Assembly (NCBI GenBank): GCA_963733535.1
Contig: CAVTDR010000002.1
Span: 111,775 to 175,774, forward strand
DNA: 64,000 nt
Reading direction: 5' to 3'
Source of the DNA: an uncultured Bacteroidota bacterium
GTDB taxonomy: Bacteria > Bacteroidota > Bacteroidia > Bacteroidales > UBA10428
In this document: piece by piece, positions 21,288 through 29,977 of the stretch
Layout of the letters: each line of letters begins with the position of its first letter
Position numbering within the stretch: the first letter of the stretch is position 1
Program-made: the position numbers and the translations under genes
Notes under the pieces: model-generated
Seen by the model: the letters and a program-made list of their open reading frames with translations, nothing else
Told to the model about the DNA's origin: nothing
Database searches by the model: none

Positions 21288-23640
21288 CCTGATTTCCTGT
21301 TCGGCCCGTATTCATAATAATCCTCATTTTATGGTGATTCCCAGTAATGCATGCAATGCTTCATGCCATTATTGCTTTGGACCCAACAAAGGAAAAATTA
21401 TCAATGAAGAGCAATTCAGGGAGAATATCAGTTTTATTGAAAAGGTCGTTCAAACTACACAACAAGCCAAGGTAAACATAACATTCCATGGAGGTGAGCC
21501 GCTGATGGCTCCGCTGAATATTTGGAAGAGCGGATTAAGATTAATAGACCGGACTTTCAAAACACAAAAGATAAAGCTTCAAATTCAAAGCAATTTATGG
21601 AACTTAACCCAGGAACATTGTACTTTATTCAAGGATTATGGTATTTCATTCAGTACCAGTCTTGATGGACCTGAGGAAATAAATGATTTGCATCGTGGGA
21701 AAGGCTATTTCTCCAAAACAATGAACGGTGTTGATCTTTTGCGGAAAAACAATATGAAGATCGGGTCAATAGCCACTTTCTCTCCAAAAAACAGGGTTAA
21801 GTTAAATGAGATCTTTACTTTTTTTGTAAAGCAAAGGCTTTCATTTGCTGTGCATGCTTCATTACCACCTCTAACTGGTAAGACAAATTCTTTTGTTTTG
21901 AGCCCTCACCAATATGGAACATTGTTATGTGACCTGTTTGATTTGTATGTGCCCAACCGCAAGTATATCAGTATTTCATCCTTTGATCAGCTTTGCCAAT
22001 CAATCACAGATAACAGTGGCAAAGTCTGCACATTCAAGGACTGTACAGGTTCCTTTCTGGCCATAGATCCGGAAGGAAACATATATCCCTGTCAACGGTT
22101 TTCGGGGAACCCGGATTATCGCCTTGGAAATGTAATCGATCTGGAAATAATCAACGGCTTGCAGAATAACCCTGTTACTAACAGCCTGGTTACCCACCAT
22201 AAACAAATAAAAATTGAATGTAAGGATTGTGATCATATTAACTATTGCAAGGGTGGGTGTTATTACAACAGCAAAGCATCAAAAGAAACCAAAGATCCTT
22301 ACTGCGAATCGTATAAAATGATTTTCAACAAAATCCGGAATAGCCTGTTCGAAGAAATGAGCAGTCCTGATAATTTCCGGGAAATTGTAGATAAACCTTT
22401 TACCAGCAATGGGAATCCGCTCCTTCGAAAAGGTCCTGTGATTGAACTTACGCAAAAGCCACATCCGGTGACAAAAGCGATAAACTCGGCTAAAATTATT
22501 TCGGTTGTTGCCTTATCGCGATCAGCTTCAATAGACGAGGCCCATCATTCGTTGAAAAATCTGGGCATTGGTGTTGAAAAATCTTACCTTGAAAATCTGA
22601 ATGAACAGTTCAGCAGCAACCATTTCAAATTAAATAACTGCTACATACATACTACCTTTAATTGTCAGTTATCATGCACCCATTGCTATGCAAAAGCAGG
22701 AAATTCTACCGGCGAATCAATGCATATATCACAGATAACCGATATTTTAATGCAGGTGAAAGAAAACAAATTCAGGCAGGCAATTATTACCGGTGGTGAA
22801 CCGCTGATCTGCGATGATCTGAATGGTTTTCTGGATCGCATGATTGAACTTCGTCAGCAAATAGAGCCTGTAATTATTGTGCTTAGGACGAATTTCACCA
22901 TGCCATTGACAGACGGATTACTAGCTAAAATAGCCCAGTCATTTCATCAGATTGTTGTAAGTGTTGACGGCGACAAGAATTATCATGAAAATCGGAGAGG
23001 GGAAGGAACTTACTCCAAAGTAACTGAAAACATTCAAAGATATCAGCATGTTATCCAAAATGTAAATAAGCCTGCTGAGTTATCTATTGCTTGTGTAATG
23101 CCGGCCAATGATATTCATGGTGAACCGGGTCAAAGTGTCCGCGATTTCGCTTATGCAAACAACATAAGGAGAGTTAGGTTTAAACCTCTTTTGCCCATTG
23201 GTAGAGCTGCCGACACATACACTTCCCTGGTTTCTGAGGCTCTGGATAGTTATGTCGACGTAGAGGAAGCCATAAAATATCCGTTTAAACCATTTAAAAC
23301 CTGTGGTATTGGTTATAATGTATACATAGAGCCAACAGGTAATGTTTTTCCCTGTTATGCGTTTCATAAACCCCATACTTTTATTGGCAATGTATTTGAA
23401 TCGGGCTTGAATGGAGTAGTGATGAGCGAGCCTTTTAGATCTTTATCTGAACATAATGTGGATACCAACTCAAAGTGCAAAAAATGCGGATATCGCTATC
23501 TGTGCGGAGGCGCATGTCGTGCCTGGGGTCGGAATTTTACGCAGTATGATCTGGATGCACCCCCTCCCGACTGTGAAGGTCTGTATAAAAAGGCCGAAGA
23601 TATCTATTTGGCTGCACTGGACTATCTGAATAGTAGGTAG
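21277..23640 (+). CDS. Tandem-duplicated radical SAM/SPASM enzyme
   Basis: 787 aa. CNASCHYC lies near the N-terminus and a second CQLSCTHC at 22663-22686. Two SPASM-like Cys clusters are present (CKDCDHINYCKGGC and CKKCGYRYLCGGAC). The start overlaps the upstream stop by 11 nt. Confidence 0.8.
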   Translation: MTNNLISCSARIHNNPHFMVIPSNACNASCHYCFGPNKGKIINEEQFRENISFIEKVVQTTQQAKVNITFHGGEPLMAPLNIWKSGLRLIDRTFKTQKIKLQIQSNLWNLTQEHCTLFKDYGISFSTSLDGPEEINDLHRGKGYFSKTMNGVDLLRKNNMKIGSIATFSPKNRVKLNEIFTFFVKQRLSFAVHASLPPLTGKTNSFVLSPHQYGTLLCDLFDLYVPNRKYISISSFDQLCQSITDNSGKVCTFKDCTGSFLAIDPEGNIYPCQRFSGNPDYRLGNVIDLEIINGLQNNPVTNSLVTHHKQIKIECKDCDHINYCKGGCYYNSKASKETKDPYCESYKMIFNKIRNSLFEEMSSPDNFREIVDKPFTSNGNPLLRKGPVIELTQKPHPVTKAINSAKIISVVALSRSASIDEAHHSLKNLGIGVEKSYLENLNEQFSSNHFKLNNCYIHTTFNCQLSCTHCYAKAGNSTGESMHISQITDILMQVKENKFRQAIITGGEPLICDDLNGFLDRMIELRQQIEPVIIVLRTNFTMPLTDGLLAKIAQSFHQIVVSVDGDKNYHENRRGEGTYSKVTENIQRYQHVIQNVNKPAELSIACVMPANDIHGEPGQSVRDFAYANNIRRVRFKPLLPIGRAADTYTSLVSEALDSYVDVEEAIKYPFKPFKTCGIGYNVYIEPTGNVFPCYAFHKPHTFIGNVFESGLNGVVMSEPFRSLSEHNVDTNSKCKKCGYRYLCGGACRAWGRNFTQYDLDAPPPDCEGLYKKAEDIYLAALDYLNSR

Positions 23641-23703
23641 ATTACCTTAGTAACGCAACCTGGGAAAAAACAAATTTTCGTCAAAAAAAACAAAAATTTC
23701 TTG

Positions 23704-23754
23704 ATATATAAGAAACTTATATATTATATTTGCATATATAAGTTTGTTATATAT
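23704..23754. promoter_or_regulatory. Two 21-bp palindromic candidate PadR operators
   Basis: ATATATAAGaaaCTTATATAT (23704-23724) and ATATATAAGtttGTTATATAT (23734-23754) are spaced 30 bp apart, directly upstream of padR. Confidence 0.5.
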
Positions 23755-23769
23755 TAAATAAGTTTAAAT

Positions 23770-24114
23770 ATGATTACTACTGAATTACTCAAAGGTTCAC
23801 TAAAATCAATTGTACTAAAACTCCTGGCTGAAAACGGCAGGATGTATGGTTATGATATTACCCGTAAAGTAGAAGAAATAACCAACGGGAAGATTAAACT
23901 CACTTATGGTGCCTTATATCCAGTACTTCATAAACTCGAAGTGGATGGGGCAGTCATTACGGAAGCAGAAAATTTTAACAACCGAACACGAATCTATTAT
24001 AAGCTTACACCGAAAGGTAATGGATTTGCCACGGAAAAAATCAGGGAATTACAGGAATATCTTGAAGTAATGGCGATGCTGTTAAAATCAAATCCTGAAC
24101 TTGGGATTGAATAA
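23770..24114 (+). CDS. PadR-family transcriptional regulator
   Basis: 114 aa with LLAENGRMYGYDITRKVEE...GALYPVLHKLEVDG. Confidence 0.9.
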   Translation: MITTELLKGSLKSIVLKLLAENGRMYGYDITRKVEEITNGKIKLTYGALYPVLHKLEVDGAVITEAENFNNRTRIYYKLTPKGNGFATEKIRELQEYLEVMAMLLKSNPELGIE

Positions 24115-24154
24115 AACCAGCCCTTGTTTCAATCATAATTTCCAAATTCTGATT

Positions 24155-25470
24155 ATGGATTACATTTTAAATATATCGAATATCGAGTTCCTCAAAAAAG
24201 AGATAGGCTAGTTCCGGACTTACCTATTCTCATTTGATGGATGAACTGATAGATCATGTTTGTTGCGATGTCGAATACGAAATGCGCAATGGTTTACCTT
24301 TCGCAAAGGCCTACGAAATGGTAAAAAACAAAATTGGCATGGAAGGTTTGGAACGCATACAGCATGAGACCCTTTATTTAATTGATAAAAAATATCGAAT
24401 TATGAAAAATACGATGAAGATTTCGGGAATGATCGCGCCCATCTTGCTGGCCTTTGGATCACTTTTTAAAATTCAGCATTGGCCGGGGGCCGGTGTTTTG
24501 TTTGTATCTGGCTTCTTTTTGCTTTCGTTTTGTATTCCTGCCCAGCGCCATTTATGTCAGCTATAAGGAAGTGAGCAACTTTACAAGAAAATGGACACAT
24601 ATTATCGGTTTTCTTGGAACCTTTTTCATTTCAATCGGGTTCTTGTTTAAAATCCAGCACTGGCCTTTGGCAGGTATTGCCTTAAACATTGGCATTATAG
24701 TAACCTGCCTGCTTTTTTTGCCCATGGTGCTCCGAAACCAGCTGAAGGATCAAAATAATCCTGTTCCAAAGCTTGTTTATGTAATTGCATTTGCCGGATT
24801 CATTGGAGATCTGGCCGGATTTTTATTCAAAATTATGCATTGGCCCGGGGCAGGAACTATTTTGATAACCGGATGCATTTTGCTTGTAGTCGTTGCATTT
24901 CCATTATATGTATATCATGCCTACAAAGATCATCTGCACATTGCAAATAGCTTTGTATTTATTCTGATTGTAATGGTATGGTTTATCATTCCGATAACCC
25001 TAACCTCATTGAATCTTTCAAGGGGAGTTTTGAGGAATGTGTATGAACAAAACCAGTCATTGGAAAATGATCTTGAATTCCTGGAAGAGATGAATCTCGT
25101 CACGGTTGATGGCATAAAGGATAATCAATCTGTTAATGATCAATCAAAGAACCTGATGGAATTCATAGGAGAAATGAAAGCTAAATTACAAGATAATGAA
25201 ATGCCGGATAGTGATGAAATGATTCAATTGACTAACCGGGTTCATGAATATAAAAGTCAATTGATGTCTTTAGTAAATGATGAAAAATACCGTGCAGTTA
25301 TTAGCCGGACACTTGAAGAACCTTCAGGTTTAAGAGATCATCCATTTGATAATCCTGAATTGCTTCTGAATCATTTAATCTTTCTTCAAATGAATATCGG
25401 GATAGCTGAACAAACCGCTTTAAGGCAGTTGGAGATGAAAAATAATCAGGCAATCCAGGCAATCAACTAG
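24155..25470 (+). pseudogene. Frameshifted PadR-partner membrane protein (DUF1700-like N-terminus plus FKIxHWPGAG TM hairpins)
   Basis: Three reading-frame pieces. MDYILNISNIEFLKKEIG-stop sits at 24155-24211. ORF 24234-24566 and ORF 24454-25470 join as ...FFLLSF|VFLPSAIY across a T-run at about 24516-24531. The paralog reads LLFLSLIFLPVAIA at the same position. Confidence 0.55.
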
Positions 25471-25485
25471 TAAAATCATAAAGAA

Positions 25486-26433
25486 ATGAAAAACAAAATA
25501 TATTATCTCGGAATATTTTCAGGAATAGTAACCGCATCTGGCTGCATTTTTAAAATTATGCACTGGCCATTGGCAGGGATATTATTAACAATTGGATTAC
25601 TATTTCTATCGTTAATTTTTCTTCCTGTTGCCATTGCAAACATGGTCAAAATGGAGAACGACAGGAAACTTAAGATTTTTTACATCCTGACTGCCATTGT
25701 TATGGCTATTAATTTTATAGGAGCCTTGTTTAAAATATTGCATTGGCCCGGTGCAGGTATTATCATGATGATTGCTATTCCTTTGCCGTTTGTTGTTTTG
25801 TTACCTGTCTGGGTATATTCCAATGGAGCAGTTAATAAGATAAATTGTAAAAATATCTTAGCTGTAATGTTCTTCTTTGCATACTTTGCAGCGATATCAA
25901 GCATACTTGCACTCGGTGTATCCAAAAGTGTAATTAAAGATTTTGATACATCCGCACGTATTTTACAGGAAAAGACGATGACATTAAAGGAGAATACAGC
26001 ACTGTTTTCAAAGTATTCTGATATAAATAATCCGGTGAACCATGAGGCAGAAAGACTGTGTAATAAAATTGCATCTGTGGAAAGCATAATTCTTAAAGGC
26101 GGCCAACAGGAATTATCTTCAAAACATGCTGTATACACGGATGTAAAGCCGGTGATTGAAACCCGTTATCTGACCGAGTTAAAATCAGAAATTATCAATT
26201 TCAGCAATCTGGTTCAAAAGCAGTATAGTTCAGACAATCGGATTTGCAAGTATGTTGAAGAAACTTTTGCGATTTATTCTGATAACGCTAATGATGTTCG
26301 TTGGGAAGATGCCTGGTTGAGCAGCAACGTCATTGCCTCAGCCATACAAAGTCTCAACCTTTTGGAATTCAGGGTTAGGATGATCGTATTGCAGGTGAAT
26401 ACCAAAGAAACGATTGACAATATGGCTGATTAA
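25486..26433 (+). CDS. Membrane protein, paralog of the preceding gene
   Basis: Contains FKIMHWPLAGILL and FKILHWPGAGIIM TM hairpins, then a soluble helical C-terminal half. Confidence 0.7.
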   Translation: MKNKIYYLGIFSGIVTASGCIFKIMHWPLAGILLTIGLLFLSLIFLPVAIANMVKMENDRKLKIFYILTAIVMAINFIGALFKILHWPGAGIIMMIAIPLPFVVLLPVWVYSNGAVNKINCKNILAVMFFFAYFAAISSILALGVSKSVIKDFDTSARILQEKTMTLKENTALFSKYSDINNPVNHEAERLCNKIASVESIILKGGQQELSSKHAVYTDVKPVIETRYLTELKSEIINFSNLVQKQYSSDNRICKYVEETFAIYSDNANDVRWEDAWLSSNVIASAIQSLNLLEFRVRMIVLQVNTKETIDNMAD

Positions 26434-26443
26434 TTGACAATAA

Positions 26444-26473
26444 AGCAGAGATGCGCAACGGTGCATCTCTGCT
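26444..26473. terminator. Bidirectional hairpin (variant of the REP family); inferred native mnmE terminator
   Basis: AGCAGAGATGCGCaacgGTGCATCTCTGCT lies between the stop of 25486-26433 and the displaced mnmE 3' remnant. Confidence 0.7.
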
Positions 26474-26491
26474 TTATTTCCCGATACAGAA
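26474..26491 (-). other. Displaced native 3' end of mnmE (encodes F-C-I-G-K-stop)
   Basis: The minus strand reads ttc tgt atc ggg aaa taa. The intact mnmE ends ...NFCIGK-stop at 49242-49259. The shared core CCGATACA is at 26481-26488 and 49249-49256. Confidence 0.7.
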
Positions 26492-26529
26492 AGTAATTTT
26501 TGTTGCTATATCTGACTTTGAGTGTAGTC

Positions 26530-26550
26530 GGGCAACAAATAGGCAACAAA
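26530..26550 (+). repeat. Arm-type direct repeat GGGCAACAAATAGGCAACAAA (left end)
   Basis: Matches 49123-49143 at 20 of 21 positions. GCAAC/GTTGC motifs are clustered at both ends. Confidence 0.7.
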
Positions 26551-26661
26551 AATCAACTTAAAATGTATTATCAGGAGATAAATATAAGAAAATAGGAAGG
26601 AATTTAATTGCGCCTGGGTAAATATAGAAAGAAATCCTTTTGGTTGTTTTTATATCAAAAA

Positions 26662-26681
26662 TGCAGTCCCGAAGGACTGCA
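26662..26681 (-). terminator. Hairpin terminator after 26710-27351
   Basis: TGCAGTCCcgaaGGACTGCA, followed on the minus strand by a T-rich run. Confidence 0.6.
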
Positions 26682-26709
26682 CTCTCGACAACATACTCGA
26701 TAAACCCGT

Positions 26710-27351
26710 TTATGCAACAATAAGTTCACCAACATACTTACTGTTCGAAACTTCTTTTCTGTCTTCGCTAATGAAAGCAATAAAAGTGTAAACAGTGTCT
26801 CCTGAATACTGGTCAGGAACCGTTAAGGTGTGGTTTCCGATGCTTCTGGCTGAACCATCAGTAACATACACTGCTTCATTTCTTGCAGGGTTATAAACCA
26901 GAACCATAGCCCTGTCAGTAGGTCTTGCATTTCCATCAATCGAGTTATCAACCCAATTAAACTGAACCTGACCAACTGCGGGTGAATTTACAGTTGGATT
27001 TAAAGCTCCGGTAAGACCACCACGGCTAATCAGTGCGCTTTCAAAGTCAATTACATAATCAGGATAAACCCCGATAACAGCGTTTTTAACGTTGTAAGAC
27101 ATGGCACTGTTAAATTCGGTCATCTTTATGGCATAACCACGAAAACCGATTTTAAGAAAGCCCCTGAGAGGTTGCAAGAACCCTAAAACAGTTGAGAACT
27201 TCGACCGTTGGTCAACCTGACCCTCGGTTTGTGGATTTGATACACTGGCAGGACGGACCCTCATGTAATCAATTCCTTTCCAGTTTCCCCCGATAACGTT
27301 TCCAACCTTACCTGAGAAACCGCCTAAGATACCTTGAGAAATTTTACCCAT
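26710..27351 (-). CDS. Hypothetical protein (possibly DUF6266-like)
   Basis: 213 aa with the Gly-rich N-terminus MGKISQGILGGFSGKVGNVIGGNWKGIDYMR. The family assignment is from memory only. Confidence 0.5.
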   Translation of the reverse strand: MGKISQGILGGFSGKVGNVIGGNWKGIDYMRVRPASVSNPQTEGQVDQRSKFSTVLGFLQPLRGFLKIGFRGYAIKMTEFNSAMSYNVKNAVIGVYPDYVIDFESALISRGGLTGALNPTVNSPAVGQVQFNWVDNSIDGNARPTDRAMVLVYNPARNEAVYVTDGSARSIGNHTLTVPDQYSGDTVYTFIAFISEDRKEVSNSKYVGELIVA

Positions 27352-27558
27352 TTTTTGACGATTTTAAATTAAACAATTCGGTTTTTGCTTGGACTTGGCA
27401 CGGGGAAAACTCGGCTTTGTCCTTGCTTTATATGGGAAAATTATATCAAAAATCAGGCATTACTATGATTTCCGGTTCTTATGCAAGTCTTTGCACTTGT
27501 TTGCTTTTCAGGTCTTTAATTTGTGTCAGAATGGCGTTTAATCCGGGTATATCATATC

Positions 27559-27790
27559 TATTTTTCAAAAGAAGAAAGAAAAAACAGAAAAAAAGAAAAA
27601 AGAAAGCCTGTCAACAGGCGGGTGAGGCGTGGTGTCAAGGTTTTTGCGATATTTTTTGATACCCTGGGATTAAATGGTAAAAACATCAAAAAATATTGCA
27701 AAACCCAGAGGGCTTGACCTTGACAACACTTTGAGCGATGGCATTGAGCGAACCCGCCTAACTTTGTTTTCTTCTTTTTATTTTTCAAAA
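27559..27790. repeat. MITE-like imperfect palindrome flanked by the 12-nt direct repeat TATTTTTCAAAA
   Basis: The direct repeat is at 27559-27570 and 27779-27790. A polypurine arm (AAAAGAAGAAAG...) opposes a polypyrimidine arm (...TTTTCTTCTTTT). Internal pairings are GGCGGGT/ACCCGCC, TGTCAAGG/CCTTGACA and TTTTGCGATATTTTTTGAT/ATCAAAAAATATTGCAAAA. Confidence 0.6.
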
Positions 27791-28229
27791 TGCTTTTCAA
27801 TGGTCAGACAAGGTGGTACTGATTTGCCAAAAAAAAGTAAGCCACCCCCTAAAAGGGCAGCTTACTAATTGAGAACGAAAGCCACAAGAGCTTAATGTAG
27901 TACCAGCCAGTATGACGAAGTAAATAGCAACGAAAACCAGCAACACGATAAGCGTAAACGAGCAGCCACCAGCTACCCAATTTACAACGAACTATACAGC
28001 GAAACATAATGCCCTTGCGGTCACAGGATGGGGGACAAAGATGCAAGGGCAGACCAAAAAATACTCTTTTTGTTTTGACCTCTTGGTTTTCGGGCAAAAG
28101 AAAAAGGAAGATTTTTTGAGGCTGGCGTAGCGAACCCTTGTCAGCTTTGGCAACCATGCCTGTAACTTTGCTATTATGTTTTGGTGTATTAGAACATATT
28201 CTGATTTCTTTATTCCTGTCGGTTTATAA

Positions 28230-28830
28230 TAATTTCAACTGTGGGGTCGGAAAAAGCAGGTTATACAGCCCTGAGCAAGCGTCGGCATAAGCGGATGCAA
28301 TGAGTGAGGTACGAACGGGTTGCAGACGCTGTGGGCGCGAGCCGTCTGCGAGTGGAGCAAGGGTGGTGCAAAAAATAGCATGAGGAACGAATGCGCTTTG
28401 CAGCTACTGTTTACAGCAAGGTTTTGGCGGAGTTTTTGACATCGAGGGTTGGCATTGTGGGTAGGCTCAAAAACTGTGACAAAACCGCAGCCCGCAGCGA
28501 CCCGCAGGCGAGCCTATTATTGGCAGCCGATGGACTGCAAGTGGCTGAAACGAATGTAGCCGGAATGGAACGAAAGGTGTTGAGCGCAGCGAAGCCCTGT
28601 AGTGCAATGCAGGCGAAATGAGTAAAGCGGCTTGCAGGACAAAAAAGGCTGCCGTGACGATGACGATTGAGCTGCAAGGATTGTGACAGCCTTGCGATAG
28701 CAACCCGAAGGGCGTGGCAATTTTTGCCAATACCTTAGAAAATAAAATACATTATTGGCAAATATTGAAACGGGCTGGCGCAATGCTTGCCGAAAGAGGA
28801 AGAGGAACACCATATAACCTGCTTTTTGCG
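28230..28830 (+). ncRNA. Candidate structured RNA (GC-rich, ORF-poor segment); strand and ends uncertain
   Basis: There are no convincing ORFs, and GC looks markedly higher by eye than in the adjacent AT-rich cargo. Many local stems are present (GCAGACG..CGTCTGC, GCAAGG..CCTTGC, TTGCCAAT..ATTGGCAA), along with GNRA-like loops on the plus strand. Confidence 0.2.
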
Positions 28831-28872
28831 GTGGGTAACAATCGGAAGAGGTATAGTTAGAAATATATAAAT

Positions 28873-29964
28873 CTACCATTCGGCTATATACCCCTCAGGA
28901 TTTGGTTTTTCAATTGATATATCTGATAAATCTGCTATATCGGAAAATTGTTTAATTGAGGCTTTTAGTATAGGCCAAGCTAATGATGCACCTGTACCTT
29001 CTCCTAATCTTAACCCTAAACTTAAGATTGGAACTTGACCAAAATATTCATAAATAAATCTATGACCAGGTTCAGTTGATTGCGTACAGAATATTAGATA
29101 GTCCTTGATATTAGGATTAATAAATGTTGCAGAAAGAGCGGCGGTTGATGCAATAAAACCATCTACTAAAACAGGTTTATGGTGTTCGCAAGCACAGATT
29201 ATGGAACCTATCATACCATTTAATTCATGACCGCCAACCTCAGATAAAAGAGATATTACATTGTTTTTAGGTAAGGATTTAATTCTATATAAAACCTTTT
29301 TGAGTATGTCTATTTTATGTGATAAACCTTTAGGATTTAAACCTGAACCTGGACCTGTAATATCTTCAATTGGGATTCCTAATAAAATTGATGAAATTAA
29401 TGATGCAATGCTGGTATTACCAATTCCCATTTCACCAATCCCAATAGCATCTATATTATCAATATTTTCATTAGTAATTTTATACCCACTATAAATCCCC
29501 TGCAAAACATCGTCAATTGACATTGCAGCTTCATGCATACAATCCTTTGTGCCATTAGCAACTCTGGAATTATAAAACTTTAAATTTGAATTAATTTTTT
29601 CAGGAATTATTATTTGAGAAGCTATACCAATATCAATGATTATTAAATTAGTACCTGTAGAATCTGAAAAAGCATTAATTGTTGATTTACCTTGCAGCAT
29701 ATTTAATACATTGTAATATGTAATCTTATGAGTATATGCTGATACACCTTGTTTAGTTATACCATGGTCACCTGCATATATAAATATAGTGCAAGACTTA
29801 AGAGGTGGGTTTAAATTATTAGTTATATTGACTATTTTCTTTGCCAAAGAATGGAGATTGCCTAAACTACCTAGTGGCATCGCTAAATTCGAAATCTTTT
29901 TTTCCGCTTTTGCACTTAAAAGATTAGTAACCTTGTCTATTTTAATGTTCTCTATTTTAAACAT
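28873..29964 (-). CDS. cobT: Nicotinate-nucleotide--dimethylbenzimidazole phosphoribosyltransferase
   Basis: Contains GDHGITKQGVSAY, GIGEMGIGNTS, VDGFIASTAAL and LRLGEGTGA. The start is placed at the internal Met (MFKIENIK...) to avoid overlap. Confidence 0.85.
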   Translation of the reverse strand: MFKIENIKIDKVTNLLSAKAEKKISNLAMPLGSLGNLHSLAKKIVNITNNLNPPLKSCTIFIYAGDHGITKQGVSAYTHKITYYNVLNMLQGKSTINAFSDSTGTNLIIIDIGIASQIIIPEKINSNLKFYNSRVANGTKDCMHEAAMSIDDVLQGIYSGYKITNENIDNIDAIGIGEMGIGNTSIASLISSILLGIPIEDITGPGSGLNPKGLSHKIDILKKVLYRIKSLPKNNVISLLSEVGGHELNGMIGSIICACEHHKPVLVDGFIASTAALSATFINPNIKDYLIFCTQSTEPGHRFIYEYFGQVPILSLGLRLGEGTGASLAWPILKASIKQFSDIADLSDISIEKPNPEGYIAEW

Positions 29965-29977
29965 TTTAAAATTATTT

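Noticed and set aside
26400-26710. Looked for a tRNA or tmRNA gene as the island's integration target (also at 49030-49241)
   Set aside because: I could find no cloverleaf-compatible sequence or conserved T-loop (GTTCGAATC-like) at either junction. The duplicated sequence is the mnmE coding 3' end instead.
27417-28879. Cluster of 60-120-aa ORFs on both strands (27417-27659, 27849-28157, 28391-28621, 28517-28879 and others)
   Set aside because: They overlap each other in several frames, have implausible low-complexity or Cys/Arg-rich translations, lack recognisable motifs, and coincide with palindromes and repeats. I treated the region as non-coding.
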